Source: the human T2T-CHM13v2.0 reference genome, Homo sapiens. From it: DNA of 64,000 nt. Under the pieces are notes generated by a model that had not been told where the DNA came from, ran no database searches, and saw only the letters and a program-made list of their open reading frames with translations. The position numbers were made by a program, and so were the translations under genes. Shown piece by piece: positions 1-14,816 of this stretch (the stretch's first letter is position 1; the number at the start of each line of letters is the position of its first letter). Location: the NCBI RefSeq assembly GCF_009914755.1, contig NC_060927.1. The stretch is one strand, 5' to 3'.

Positions 1-669
1 TTTTTCTTTCCTCTGAAAGAAAGTTTAGGAAGAAAGAAAACTTACTTTTACTGATAAGTACTAAATGTCATGCCCTGTGCTAGATACTTTGGAATATTTT
101 CTCTAACTATCAACTCTATGAGAAAAACATTGTAATCTAGATCTGACTTGAGCCTATTTGCACCTCAGAGATTTCAGTTTAGAGGCTTGAAACAGCTCTT
201 TCACAGCCTATGCAAATCTTAATACACACTCCAAAACTCCTGTGACTCCCAACTCTACTTCAAAACCTTAGCTCCTTCATCTGGGAGTGACATCCTAATA
301 AGATCTTTTCTTGTAGAGTAGATGCAACTTGTCCCTTTAGTAGTTAACACCAAAAAAATCCAGTCACACTCATGCTTTTGGAAGTTTAGCTTGGGCTTTT
401 AAAGCTTGAGGAATAACGGAAAGAGATCACACCCGTCACCACCCAGGCTTCCTTCTTCTCTAAGTCGCCTCATACCCTACTCCTTTCCAAAAGCCTGCTC
501 CACATTCACAACCATCCTGATTGCACACAGCCGGCCTCTGGGGCAGGGAGTGTTGTTTCTGGCTCTGGATGTGGCACTCATGGGGAGCTGCCTGATCCAT
601 CTTGTCAGCCCTCCTTATCTCCCTAGAGTTGAATAAAGTGACATCGTTTCCACAACACTATTTGTTTAG

Positions 670-1585
670 CCAAGAAAATGTGTACTGACTGTCTATTCTC
701 TTACACATTAAGCTCTGTGCTAAAAACTACAAATTATAGGCACTGACCTTGCCCAGATGGTACTCAGAGTTTTGTGGAAGAGATAGACAATTAAAATCGT
801 AATTCAGTGTGATAAGTTTAGTGGTAAACATTTTCAAGTAACAGAAGAGATGATTAACTCAGTCTAAGGCGATCAGCAAAGCTTCCAAAAGGAGTTGATA
901 CCTAAGACGTATTTTAAAGGATGAACAGGGGATTGTCCTATGGAGAAGGGAAGGAAGAGCATTCTAAGGGCCACATAATTTACAAAGGCACACAAGTAGG
1001 CAGCTCCATGCTATATTTGAGAGAAATTAACATAGTTTTAAATAAATAGATAATAAACATAATGGGAGGAAAGTGTGAAATGAATTTGGATAGGTAGATG
1101 AACACTAGATGATAAAGTCTGGAGTCATGCTAAGCACCTCAGACATCTCCTGTTGATGTTGAGGGCCAGAGAAAGATTTGAAACAGCAAAATAACACGGT
1201 AAATTTTCTGTCACTCTGGTTACCATGTGGAGGACCACAGATCAGTCATAATGGAAGCAGGAAGACCCATTAGACCAGTAGCCCAGGTAAATAACTATTA
1301 CACCACAAACCCTGACGGTGACATTGAAGATGGGTATTTAAAAGAAAAAAAACAGGCTTTAGAACTAGTTAGAAAATGAAATTGACTGTATTTGGAGATT
1401 TGTGGGATGTAGAGAGTAAGGAAGATGTTAAAGTCAAGAATGATATCCTAATGTCTGGCTGAGTGATGAGTGGTGACTCCATCAACCATTAAAAGAAATA
1501 CAGGACAAAGGAACAGGTTTATGGTGGGTGGTAGAAAGGGAGTTTAATTTCAGGCAAGTTAAGTTTTAGATGCTGTAAAACATTA
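670..1585 (-). mobile_element. L2 LINE fragment (ancient), interrupted by an MLT1 LTR and resuming at ~2090-2425
   Basis: Purine-rich degenerate L2 3' region in reverse (e.g. 'aagtcaagaatgatatccctaatgtctggctgagtg', 'gcagttggatatgtataag'); boundaries approximate. Confidence 0.6.
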
Positions 1586-1589
1586 TATT

Positions 1590-2068
1590 GGCTAGCTATT
1601 GATGCAAAATAAACAATGCTAAAACTCCGTAGTTAAAAAAAGATTACTTATCGTCATTCACATACCTGTGGACTGACTGGAGTTTGGCTGATCCAGGCTG
1701 GGTTGAGATGGGCAACTCTGATTTAGAATTAATGAGTGGGTCTGCTTCTCACCACAAGTCTTGGGTTGGATGGTTGGATGGGAAGGTTCTGTTCTATGTT
1801 TTATTCATTTTCCTTGAACCAATGAGCTATTCAAGACATGTTTGGGTTTTTTTTTCCATAAATATAGCAGACGTGGGAGAGAGCAGGCAGAAACACACAA
1901 AGCCTCTTAAGGCCTAGGCTCAAAACTGGTATACTATCACTTCCCTCCATATTCCAATAGCCAAAGCAAGGCACATGGCCAAATTCAAAGTCAAAATACC
2001 TTTTACCCACAAAGAGACTATGGCACGGGTGTGGAAGCAGACAAGGGTGAAAAATTGAAGCCAATAAT
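1590..2068 (-). mobile_element. MLT1-family (ERVL-MaLR) solo LTR
   Basis: Begins with reversed MLT1 3' end 'ggctagctattgatgcaaaataaac'; contains 'aaggcctaggctcaaaactgg...cacttccctccatattccaatagccaaagcaaggcacatggcc'. Confidence 0.6.
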
Positions 2069-2429
2069 ATGTTGGCTCAAATATCCAGGAGAAGATTTGG
2101 GTAAGGCAGTTGGATATGTATAAGACTAAAGCCTGCAGAAAAACTCAGGCATAAAAGTTATAGATTCTTGTTTAATTGGAGTATAGCTCATGAATAAAGT
2201 GATAAAAGGAGATTGTATGTAATACATATAGTAATAAGAGGCAGCCCAAAGACAGACTGCTAGGAACGACCAACATTTACAGAGTAAAAGATGGGATTCC
2301 TTGAAAGAAATTGAAAAAGAATTGGTCACTAGGGTTGTAGGAGGCACAGGAGGGTTTCCTCTTAGGGAAGCCAAGTAATTAGAGCCTTTCAAGAATAAAG
2401 TGGTTAAAATTACATCACACTACTAGAAA

Positions 2430-2640
2430 ACTAAAATATTTATTGAGTTTCTACTAAAGGCTGAGTATTATACTAAATTCTTTTACATGAATTATTTCAC
2501 TTAACCCTTATAAGGATGAAATGAAGTGTATAACATTATTATCCCCATTTATTGATATGGAAATTGAAGTGAATAGAAATTAAGAAATCAATGCAAATTC
2601 ATACAGCAATTGAGGCAGTATGACTTCAGAACTTATTCTC
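2430..2640 (-). mobile_element. MIR SINE
   Basis: 'tttattgagtttctacta...attatccccattttattgatatggaaattgaag' is the MIR core in reverse. Confidence 0.6.
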
Positions 2641-3591
2641 TGGACCTTGATGAGAGACTGTGTCTTAAGAATGTTAAATGCCAACTTTTCACTCTGTAAG
2701 AAATAATACTAAAAATGGCCGATATTTACATTAAAAAAAATATTCAGAGGATCGATCTAATTTGTTTAAAATCATGCAATTTGCAAGTAGCAGAGGCAGG
2801 TTTTGAACCCTGATCATTCAAACTCCAGGGTTCTTATACTGATCACAGTACCATCAACGTAGTAGTAATTCTTCTACACCTTTATTTCACCCACAGCTCT
2901 TCTCCAAGAACATGGGCTTTTCACCAAGGCTTCACCTAGCAACATTGCTTTTGTTCTATCATTTAGTGAATGACAGCTTAAGAAAGCAACAAAAAAGTAA
3001 AATATATGGATCATGTACAACTTTTCTTTCTGATTGATGTGAATTTCAAATAAGACTCAACAAGTAGAAATCAAAATCTGGTAAATATCAGTCAAACTAC
3101 TGTTACTTTTAGGAGCCTAGGCTTGCTCGAATAGATAACAAATTGAACATACGTTTATCTACTAAATACAGTTCAATTGTACTCTTTATGGATAAGGATA
3201 GATCTCTTCACAAAACCAAAGCATTTGACAAATTCATAAATTGAATCTACATGATATGAGATCTTTGAACGTATTACTTGGCAAGATATTATACCTTTCC
3301 AAGATACTATAGAGAAAGAAAGAAATTATATCCTATTCTACAGTTAAAACCACATAAATGACACCATATAAATGGGCAAAAGTGATAGAAATGATAGAAA
3401 TTATTGAAAATAAAGATCATTTGTTGAAGAGAATTTTTCTTTTATAAAATTTCCATTATTTAATTATAATAATGTTCATTCAGTAAATTATTTTCTTTTT
3501 TCTGAAAGGTTTTGAATCTACCCTATGACCCCTCCTTCCTTTTGAAATGAAAAAAAAAAAAAGAAAAACAACAACCAAAAAAAAAAACCTT

Positions 3592-3881
3592 CTTTTTTTT
3601 TTTGTCACTTGATTTATTGTCGTTCTTAGAGGCAGGGTCTCACTCTTGCTCATAGTTCACTGCAGCCTCAACCTCCTGGGCTTAAGCGATTCCCCCACCT
3701 CAGCCTTCCAAGAAGCTGGGAATACAGATACGTGCCTCTAATCCTGGCTAATTTTTCATTTTTTGTAGAGATGGGGTCTCACTATGTTGCCTAGGCTGGT
3801 CTCTTACTCCTGGCCTCAAGCGTTCATCCCACCTCCGCCTCCCAAGTGCTATGATTACACGCAGGTCGACCACACCTGGCC
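3592..3881 (-). mobile_element. AluJ-type SINE
   Basis: Reverse Alu with T tail, 'tttttgtagagatggggtctcactatgttgcctaggctgg', ending 'cacacctggcc'; heavily diverged. Confidence 0.9.
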
Positions 3882-5509
3882 TTGAAAAAAAACTTCTAAA
3901 CATAAGAAATGTTCTTATGATTCATTGACATCATGTAAGAAAATTTTGCCTAAAATATTCCTCAATGTCTTTTTAAAACAGAAAATAATTTATTTAATAA
4001 ATAAACTGAATTAACGGAATCCACTACTCAGGTCCCCTCCCCAAATTTTACTTGGATCTCAAGGACACACATTCACAGATCAATCCAATTACTTACCCAG
4101 CCTTTTGGGTTTAAGAATAAGCCATTCAACCCAAATTAAAGCTTCTTATAAATCTCTTTCTGTATCAAGTTTGGGAGAAACGCATATATAATTCCAAACC
4201 TTAAAGAAAAGAGAATATCCTTTGATGATGAGGCTATGACTTCATGCACAGCGTGAACAGGGCATTCTTTCACTCATTTACCCTTCTGTCCTAGCAAGTC
4301 TGAACCTTACAGGTTTTTTGCTCAGTGGGGGCAAGTTCCCACTTTACACACTTCCTTCACCCAAACCCATAATTTGGTGGAAAAGAACATGATGCAGTCC
4401 CCCCATACTCTTACTTTATACCTTAGAACACAATCAGCTATGTCATATTAAAATTTATTGTACATGATCCCATTTCTACTGCAAAACAGAGAGTAATTTG
4501 AGAGAAGGAACTTCTTGTATTCATCATTATACCCACGATGTCTAGAGCAGTGCCTGCTGTTATCAATAGAGGTTGTTAAATGGGCATAGGTAATTGCCAA
4601 TAGAAACCGTGTGTTGCTAAGGCCCAATCCAAGTGACTGGTGATAATAATAAATGCTAATATTTACAGTCTTCCAAGAATAATGTTAAAAATCTTTTATG
4701 TGTACCACTTTCTTTAATCATCACTGGAACTCTATGGAGTTGGCACTATTGTTTCCTTCATTTTGCATATAAGAAAACTGATTCAGAAGTAAATAATTTG
4801 TGTAATGCCCTATGAATAGTAAATTGGAAGGTCTAGATTCAAACTCAGACATTTTGACTCCGTTCTTTCCCAGTGTTATAAGCTTCCTATCTTCGGTACT
4901 AAGGACAGCATTCTCAAGTGAGAACATGGAATGTTCTCTTTCTTCTGTATCTAGAAGAGGCACACAAAGCACAAGGAGAAAATATAGTTTCTTTCAGTTC
5001 CTGGACTATAACTTTGAGTTCTCTGGGCTTGTCCCATCTTGAGGTCATGGAAAATAGAAAAGAAAGGCCCTCCCTGCAGCTTTGAGTTCAGGAAATTCCT
5101 CCCTCTTTTATCTTCTTTTCTCCTGCTCTTTGCCAGAATATATATTGACTCTCCATTCTGACCCATACTTTGCCTATTGCTCCCAATTTAGGCTCAATAA
5201 TACAGTTCCATAGTGCCCCTTTACTGATTTAGAAACCCCATCACCAAGTGCTACTGCCACAGACCCTAGACTGAGGGCCCTATTAAGGCCAGGGCCCTAT
5301 AAATCACCCCCTCTCCCAAACCAGACAGAAAATACTTCCAGAAAGGGACACCAGCCACTCAGAGTGAGTTAGTTTTCTTTGAGAATATTCATTCATATTT
5401 TCTTTGACTCTCTCCAAATTTTCTCACCTTTAAAATGAATAATAATAATTCTTAAACACTAAGCCAATCATAAAATTTGCATACACTTGATCTTTATTAT
5501 ACCAAGTAT

Positions 5510-5635
5510 AATCTCCAGACCAGGAACTTGGAATGTGGATTCTTAAGCCCCACCTCAAAAATATGGAATCAGAGACCTCATTTAGCAAGATCCATAAGTG
5601 ATTTCTCACACATTTACATTTTGTGAAGCATTACA
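5510..5635. mobile_element. MER5-like hAT (Charlie) non-autonomous fragment
   Basis: 'gattcttaagccccacctc...gaatcagaga...ttagcaagatccataagtgatttc...cattttgtgaagcatt'. Confidence 0.45.
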
Positions 5636-5931
5636 GTAGATGACAACCACTCTGTATTGAAATTCTAAAATATTTTCTACTCTTTATTCTTACAAAGTAC
5701 ATAATTCCTGCAGTTCATTCCAACATATTCCATATGTTTCTCTGTGTAACTAGAGGAAAGATGCAGCAACACAAAGCAAGGGCAATATCATTATTCTAGA
5801 TACTGACTTGGGCCTATCTTGAAATGTTTATTGATTTGAGGTTGTTATTCAGAGTGTTCTCTGTTACTTTAGAGTTATCATTTTACTTTTCCTTGCAGAG
5901 AATGCCTTTATATATCAAGGCAGGGCATTGA

Positions 5932-6040
5932 TATATAATAATATTACATAATAATATTATTATAATAATAATACATAATAATATTATTATATTATAATAA
6001 TAATACATAATAATATTATTATATTATAATAATAATATTG
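5932..6040. repeat. AT-only tandem repeat, about three 27-34 bp units built from ATAATAATATTATT(AT)
   Basis: 'ataataatattattataataataatac' repeated with small indels; the core ATAATAATATTATTAT is self-complementary. Confidence 0.85.
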
Positions 6041-7114
6041 CATTAATCTAACCCTAGAGGCTACCACATTTGGTACACAGTAGGTAACAAATAGTATGCT
6101 GAATAAATAAATGAGACCATTTTGTATTGCACATATTTGTTTTTCTAAATTAACTCCACTGTGAGATTGTAGAACCCTTGGAGGTAGGTGGCGTGTCTTA
6201 CTCATCTTTGCATTTTCTTCCAACATCCAGCAGAGTACCTTACATGTAGTATTTGGTGCATAAATGTTTATTAAATTGAACTAAATTGGTCATTGGGCAT
6301 GAAAAACAAGAGGTCATTTACCAAATTGGAGGATTTAATCTGAGAGTGAAGTTCAACCTGTTGTCAAGGAAGCAGGATGGAGAAACCATTAACAAGAAAA
6401 AAGTAATTATTACCATTAAAATATAATAGGATAAAATCTTACCTAAGGGAAAAGAAAAAAAGGACGTTAATTTTCTGGTGACTTAGTGAACATTAATTTT
6501 TTAGTGACTTACTGAGTTTGGGATTACTTCTTGACTCAGATGTTTTTTGATGCTTATGCAAATGGGAGAAATAACTACTTTAAAAAACATTGTGATGTCA
6601 TGGAAATGCCACAGGCACTTTCCTTGTGTGTAAAATGGGAACAATGGAAAAACATCTGTTTTACAGATTGTTGTGAGGGTCAAACAAAACTCTGTAGGTA
6701 ACGGGCTCAACACAATTCTTGACACTTACTAGATACTGAATAAATGATAGTTTCCTTCTTATTGTAGTAAATCAAATGCGTTTACTATACCCTGTTCCTT
6801 CATTTATTCATTACACATTTAGTGGATATCTACTCTGGAATCCAGAGAGGTTTCATAGTATAATGGCACTTGTTTCAAGCCTTGAAAGATAAAAATGTTA
6901 ATAAACAGAGAAAAAAAAAAGAGAATTCAGATTGAAAAACAACATGGATAATAGCACAGTTAGGTGTGTTTAGAATACAAGGTAAGTTGAGGAATAGTAA
7001 TAGAATTTGAAACTGAAAAACCGCAAGAAAATGGATGTCTTTAAATGCCAAGATAAATATTTGGATTTGCATTCTGTAGGCTTTTGGAAGCCACTCAAGA
7101 CTTTTGGCATCACT

Positions 7115-8050
7115 CATGGCTAACTTCTTATCCTCTTCTCATCTCATTCTACACAGTCTTCTCTAGATGACCTCTATTCCTATGGCACTAGACAACTTAG
7201 ATTACCCAAATCTACATCTCCAGCCCAGCTTGTCTGAGTTCACACCCATACATGCAACTGCCTAAGAACATCTCCATATGGAAAGCTCACAGATACCTTT
7301 CAGCTAACCATGTAAAGTTGAACTCATTATTTGTCCCAATTGTTCCCTATGTCAGATTAATTCCATCTTCATCCACCCAGTTCTTCCAGATTAATAATTA
7401 TGATCCATCATTACTTTTCTTTCTCCCTTATCTTCTATATCCAATCATAACATTCTCTAGAATCAAACTTGTAAACATCTCTTGAATTTTTCTATTTCTC
7501 TCATTTTAACTGAACCCATACTTGCCCAAGCCAATGTGGTATCTCACTTAAATGGGTATAATAGTCTCCTAACTGGTCTTCTGCTTCAGCTTTTGCCCCT
7601 CTCCAATTCATTCTCAACACAGAAACAAAGATTTTTTTTATAATGTCAACCTGAGCACATTGTTGCCTTGCTTGAAACCCTTCACTGGCTTCCCCATTAC
7701 ACATGAAGCGAAATTCCAACTCCTTAAAATGGTTTGCAAAGCCCTACACAATTTGGACCATATTCATCTTCATCTTTATTTCCTTCTACTTTCCCCCATG
7801 ATTGCCACACTTCAGTTAGGCTCTTCTAAATCAGGGTCTTTACACATGCAGTCTCCTGTTCTTAAAAAGCTCACCTTTTCTTTCTCCAATTGATGTGACT
7901 AACAACACCCCTTGTGCATCAAGTGTACAGTGCATTGTGCAATGTCTGCCCTCCTGGGAAGAATGCACAAAACCAATCTTAACTCTCTGTGCCGTGGTGC
8001 CTAGGCAATGCCTGGCAAATGGTAGCTGCTCGATAAAGGCACAAATAAAA
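7115..8050 (+). mobile_element. L2 LINE 3' portion
   Basis: 'cccaaatctacatctccagcccag', 'aatagtctcctaactggtcttctgcttc', 'ggcttccccattacacatgaagcgaaattccaactcctt', tail 'gcctggcaaatggtagctgctcgataaa'. Confidence 0.7.
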
Positions 8051-8689
8051 GGAGTGATATAACCAGAACTGTGTAGAATCCAGAATCCATTTGATGTCAG
8101 ATGATAGGTTGTCTTGGACAAGTCAGAAACCAAATTCAGCAAGCTATTGACAAATTAGATGAGAGCCAGGCCTGAGTTAGATAAATAAGGGGAAAAAAGA
8201 TAGATACAGTAAAAACTACTGATGTCCACAACAATATTCTAGAACTGAAATAAAAACTCACCACATGATGTCTACACAAAGACATGAAATGAGACCAAAA
8301 GTATCACCGTATATCTGGACTGCTTAGAAGAAATCTATTACTCTAACAGCTCTTCTTCCTGATTCTATAGCCTTTGCCATTCTCCCTCAGAAAGTGGCCT
8401 CAAAATGCAGCCTACGTTTTAGGACTTTACAAACCTATTCAATCTATAATAACTGCTTATAAGTCTATTTCCACTGCCTTAGAAAACAGCTTAGACAGAT
8501 TTTCAAAGGCATTTTAATCTACCTCAAGAGAGAAACTGTTTACATATCCTTCTAGAACCACTACATTATTTCCTGTATTATATTTGATGTGAATAAAACT
8601 AGAGGGAAATATCTAGTAATGTAAAATAAACCCAACAATATTGTTCAGTATAACTACTGGTTAATATCTAATTTTGAAAGTGTATTTTT

Positions 8690-8840
8690 GGCTGGGCACT
8701 ATGGATCACACCTGTAATCCCAGAACTTTAGGAGGTGAAGGTGGGAGGATTGCTTGAGCCCAGGAGGTCGAGGCTACAGTGACCATGATCATGCCACTGC
8801 ACTCCAGCCTGGGTGACAGACTGAGCAAGACCCTTTAAAA
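8690..8840 (+). mobile_element. Alu monomer (FRAM/FAM-like, or an internally collapsed AluJ)
   Basis: Single ~150-bp arm 'ggctgggcac...gaggattgcttgagcccaggaggtcgaggctacagtg...gcaagaccc'. Confidence 0.85.
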
Positions 8841-8844
8841 GATG

Positions 8845-8937
8845 AAGGAACGAAGGAAGGAGGGAAGGAAGGAGGGAGGGAGGGAAGGAAGGAAGGACGG
8901 AAGGAAAGAAGGAAGGAAAAGAAAGAGAGAGAGAAAG
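8845..8937 (+). repeat. GGAA/GGGA/GA purine microsatellite grown from the Alu tail
   Basis: 'gaaggaaggagggaaggaaggagggagggagggaaggaaggaagg...gagagagagaaag'. Confidence 0.9.
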
Positions 8938-9539
8938 TAAGTTTATTTTTTGCAGGAACATTTTTTGCTTGGTATCTCTATAACTATGGGCATTGATCAC
9001 TCAGTGAAAATATCATTAGGATGTTTAACGGAAAAGGCGTATCATTGAATATGCTTTCAGTCAAACCCCAGCAAACTAAGAATCTGCCAATAAGCTGTTT
9101 TAAAGTCAATTTTAGAACTTTGACTTCTATGGTTAAATGTATTTCCAAGAAGCCAACTAACCTAAATATCAGAGTAAATAATAGGTCTTTATTCCTATCC
9201 ACTACTCTGGACCCATCAACACCACTAAAGGAATGATTTTTTTTCTTAATCCAGGAAAAAGATAAACAATAACTTTTTAGTTTCTGTGAGTTAGGTTTGA
9301 AGGAAGCAGCGGTGTTGAACAAAGATTTATGCAATGACCTTGAACAAGTGCCTTCCCTGCCTTAGTTGTCCCATATTTCAAAAGAGAAAGGACAACCAGA
9401 TGATTATTAAGTCTTCTGCTCTTGGAAAAATGTCTTATAGTCCAAGAGAGAGTCAAAGTGTCATATGATGGGATGTGTGCAACAATAATATTCAGGGGTA
9501 ACTAGGCACTGCCTCTCCCTGGAGCTATTGAGAAAGAAA

Positions 9540-10399
<860 letters not shown>

Positions 10400-10400
<1 letters not shown>

Positions 10401-10534
10401 ACAACAGAAGTGCTAACATACACTGCTGGTAAGAATGTAAAATGGTGCAACCACTATGAAAAAGTTTGGCAGTTTTTCAAAAGATTAAATATAGTTACCA
10501 AATAACCCAACAATTTCACTCCTAGCTATATACC
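10400..10534 (+). mobile_element. Old L1 (L1MB-type) 3' region, left part; split by the provirus
   Basis: 'actgctggtaagaatgtaaaatggtgcaaccactatg...cactcctagctatatacc' joins directly to 'ccagagaaatgaaaacttatg' at 17177. Confidence 0.8.
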
Positions 10535-10968
10535 TGTTAAAGTGAACTAAATATGGCCTGAGAAGGACTCCATACTTCTATATTTGAGTCCTTGTGGACA
10601 AACTGCAACCTACCTTAATAGGTAGACAAGATTGAAAACCTAACTTTGGAGTATGCATCTGTAACAATAGCTAAGACTTGGCCAATCCTAGTGGCCATAC
10701 TTCAACCATTCATACACTACTGAGTGTTCAAACTGTGTTCAAATAAGGCAAATGCTGAGCTGTATCCAATCCAGCCATTCTGTACCTCACTTCTGATTTC
10801 TATATGTCATTTCCCTTTTTTGTGTCTATAAATCTTCTTCCACCATGTGGCTGCACTGGAGTCTCTATGAATCTGTGTGATTCTGGGGGCTGCTCGATTC
10901 ATGAATCATTCATTGCTCAGTTAAACTCCTTTAAATGTAATTTGGCTAAAGTTTTTGGTTTTTTATCA
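10535..10968 (+). mobile_element. 5' LTR (MER57A-like)
   Basis: 'tgttaaagtgaactaaatatggcctgagaaggactcc...ttttatca'; CCAAT boxes and TATAAA. Confidence 0.9.
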
Positions 10969-10970
10969 GA

Positions 10971-10988
10971 TGGTGCCAGAAGTGGGAT
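10971..10988 (+). promoter_or_regulatory. Retroviral primer-binding site, tRNA-Leu type
   Basis: TGGTGCCAGAAGTGGGAT, 2 nt after the LTR; one mismatch to the complement of the tRNA-Leu(CAA) 3' end (TGGTGTCAGAAGTGGGAT, recalled). Confidence 0.8.
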
Positions 10989-13900
10989 CTCAAGTAGAGC
11001 TTCCCATGACCCCCAGAAGTGCTGAATGAACACACAAGGTACCGGGTGCAGGACCACTTGTGTCCAAGGATTTCCCAGAGTGGCTCAGGATCTTGGGTAA
11101 GCTCCCTTTCAGATTTTGGTGCTCCACGAATTTGTGTTTTGAGATTCCCCAAGTTTCTTTGAGCAAATTCCTGACCCAAACTGGGTTTGGAAGTCATGAC
11201 AGAAACTGGACTGGGTCCAGGAATGGATTTGATCCAGGAATTAATGGGCTTGGATCCAAGTAGAGGCCTCTTACATCTGACTGGGTCAGAAATGAACTGA
11301 GAGTAAGCAGTAATATTGCAGGGGTTATAAAAGTTGGCTTTTGAAAATTCACAGGGATTTTTGTGTTTATTTCATTTTTCTTGTGCACTTAGGTAGGAAA
11401 AAAAAAGATCATTGGCAAAGTTTATCAAGAGAACCTGAGAGTAAAGTCATTATTTTAAGACAGAGGGATCCTTATTTCTGGAAAACTGAGTTCCTTGTGG
11501 CTTATACATTAGGCCTGGAGGCAGCAAAGTCTTACAGAAATGGCAAAATCTTACTAAAGATAACTTACTGTGGAGCATTCCAAATAAACAACACCTTGAA
11601 GCGCATTTTAAAATGAGGGCTCTCAGTAAAGTCCCTTTCAGCTAAGAACACAGTTTGGCACTATGGGATGTTAACTGCTATTCTCTTTGCAATAATCTGC
11701 CTTGCACACTTTGCTGACAGCTATGGGTGACAGGATTAGGCATGTATAAGGGACCATGGGACATGGGGAGCTTTTTCCTCCCCAAAAGGGGAAACTTGAG
11801 AGCTGATGGGACTGCTGGAAAAGGTCCCTTCGTTACTGACAAGCGGCTACCTGAAATTTTCAGTGTTGCTGTAATGAGTGGGTGGATCTTTCTCTGGCCT
11901 CCATGAGCTCTTTGCCTTCAACACCCTGCCATAGGCAATGCTTTTCCCTCTCTCTTTTCCCTCTCTGATCTTTTCTACCACTCAGAGCGGCCATCTTGCC
12001 CAGAGACCACATAATGAAACTCCTATTTGGAGGTTGGACTAAAAATGATGGAGCCTATCTAAGGGCAAATTTAAGCCTTGCCAGTTCAATATTGGATGTT
12101 AAGCAGAGTGGTTAATGTCTATGTTTTGTCACTTGTATTTTACTCTGGCCGGAACAGAAAAAGATAATTTTCTTTTGTGTTGTGGCTTAGCCCCCAGGGC
12201 TACAGTGCAGTGAGCTGGGTCACAAGGGCCACTCAGGGAAAGGAAATCCAGAAGCCTGGCATGCTGGCAAGAGGGTAAGAATTTCTTACCAGTCAGACTT
12301 CTGGCCTCTCTCTCTCTCTGTGTGTGAACTGGTTAAATGAATGGTAAAAATCCCTGTTTATCTCCTTTGTAGAGTTTTGATTAATGGGAAAAAGGACTCA
12401 CGAGGCTAATCTTAAGCTGTAGTGAATGTAGTGTGCTTTGTGTGTCTTTCTGTGTCCTATAATGGAGAAGGGTATACCTTAGGATAGAACATGGGCTTAG
12501 AATACCTGTAAGCCCACTGTTCAAGATGATCCAGCAAACTGGTTAGTTATAAACTTTGCTGCAGGTCCCTGAAAAAAAAAACTGGATGAGGTTTCCCTCT
12601 TGTCTTGTGTGTCCTTGGGAGCTTGACCTTGTGACCACATGACCATGCTTTCTCTTTTCACAAGAGAAAAGGTTGCTCAGGTTCAGGGTTCAATTCCCAG
12701 CTTGGAAAATGAGTCCTTTATCTTTTGCTGTCTATGTATTTATATATATTATATGTGTGATGTTTATATATGAAAGAGCTTTAATTGGTTTAAAAATAAA
12801 AGCTTAAATATTTTGTCAGAAAAGTAAAAAGTGTAATGCCTTTTTTTAGTTCATGTGACTTAAATAATCTTTGGGAAATCAAGACAGTTTTAAAGATTAT
12901 TGGTAAAATAAAAATTTCTTCAAAAGTGTAAACATTTGGTCTAAATTATGCAGGTCAGATATTAAGTTTGCTAAATGCTTTAAGGTCATAAACTGCTTCT
13001 TTGACTTTTAAAAATTGTTCAATTACTTTTTGGAGCATTAAATTCTAGATAAGACATGAGGACATGTGAAATTAGCCATGCCCCCTAGCTATGCAAAAGT
13101 ATTAAATAAAAGAGATTTTATACAAGAAAGGATCTTGTATGGTAAATTCTCATCCTAAGCTAAAGTAAAATGACTGGTTGTTTAAAAAAAGGATGTTTAG
13201 GACAAGTCAGAGAATCTAAGCATGCCGTAGGTGGTCTACGTAAGCCATGAAAGAATTCATGAAAGGGAATGTATGCAAGAAATGTTGTACAATTTAAAGG
13301 TGATTAGGCCTCCTAAATACTTTGTAAAATGCCACTGTGACTCTTAATGGTACAACTTGCTTGCTTTACAGTTAGGTAAGGCCTGGGACACGTGGAGTGA
13401 GATGCTAGAAAGAGTCAGACCTTATTTGCATTTTTGTCTGGGTCCTAGGCTCCACACCTACTATCTAATTAAAATCCTGAACTTACCAAGGTTTTTCACC
13501 AAAAGCAAAAGTTGCTAAGGCTTAACAGTGTAACATGTATTTGAAACTACTGAAAAAACAGTTTTACATGTGAAGTATATAAAGAAAGTGAAATGTGTTT
13601 TTGGTAAAAGATTATTAAAAGTCATAGGAACGTGAATTTTTTTGCCTAAGTTTAGAGGGTTAAAAGGATTGTTTTAAGTGAGATAGGAAAAAACTAAAGG
13701 TCTAAACAGGTTGTGGAAGGTTTGTAAAAATTAACCTTGTAAAAGAAATATCTATGTGTGAAAATATTGACTAAATTTAAAGGGGTATTATTCAGTTTTT
13801 CCATAAGTTGAACATAGAAATAAAACCACAACAGGGATTTCTTAAAGTAATAATCTGCTCTTTAACAAAAATTTGTAAAGAGTTATAAAAGGTTTATAAA

Positions 13901-14816
13901 AATCTTGCCTTACAGTCAAACTGATTAAGATTGGATATATTTGTCTATGAGGTTTTATTAAAAATTGGGGTTGACATTAATAGTTTACTAATGTAAGGGG
14001 TAAATTTGGCTTTCTCTCTTGAACAAGATTTTTGTGTAATATTAAAAGATAATGAAAATTTTTTGTTTGCCTTTTAAATACAGTACCAAAAAAAAAGAAG
14101 GGAAAGACAAAAGACAGATTGTTTGGAAAGCTAAGTTTTCTCTTTATCAATGAGCAAAGGTTTTTGCCTTTTTAAAAATTTTTGAGTCATCATTTTGGCT
14201 AAATGAATGATTTATATAATCTGGAATTCTAGTTCATAATATCAAGTGTTTTAAACCTTTAACATACTTAGTAGGCTTCCCAAAATCAAATTTCAGCTTC
14301 AAAATAGTCTTTTCTGACCTCTAACTTTGAAATGCTACAGAGGGTCCTTGAAGCATTCAAAAGAGAGGTAAATAGAATTATTTAACATGTTAAGTTAAAT
14401 GGGAAGCATTGTCAAAATAAAGATAATGTTTAATCTTCAGGCTATATTTTAGTGAATATTAATATATATTCCAAAATTGTATAGGATTTCTAAAATTCTA
14501 ATATGTCTAAGTATATGCTATCAATAATAATTACGGTTGCTATGTTAAGGTATTGTATACCACAGAAATAGCCAAATTTCCTTGTATAAAATTGCTAACC
14601 CAAGTAGAACAAAAAAATTAATTAAATACCAAGAAAATACTTTGCCAGAGTTTCATGTTAAACCAGCCAATAATGAAATTGTTTGGATATACAATTTGAA
14701 CTCCATGATCTAAGTCAAATACCTATAATAACCCATTAGTTATTAGTGCTATGCACCTAAACTGAAGAAACAATTGGTATTCGAGAGGACGTAAGTCCAA
14801 TGGTAAGCATAGACTC

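Noticed and set aside
5270-5372. AGGGCCCTAT direct repeat, TATAAAT and a downstream GTGAGT as a promoter/first exon
   Set aside because: Short motifs only, with no other support
5932-6040. ~30-bp periodic repeat as a CRISPR-like array
   Set aside because: AT-only slippage repeat with no unique spacers, in primate DNA
8845-8937. GGAA microsatellite as an EWS-FLI1-type enhancer
   Set aside because: Runs of consecutive GGAA are short and interrupted by GGGA and other variants
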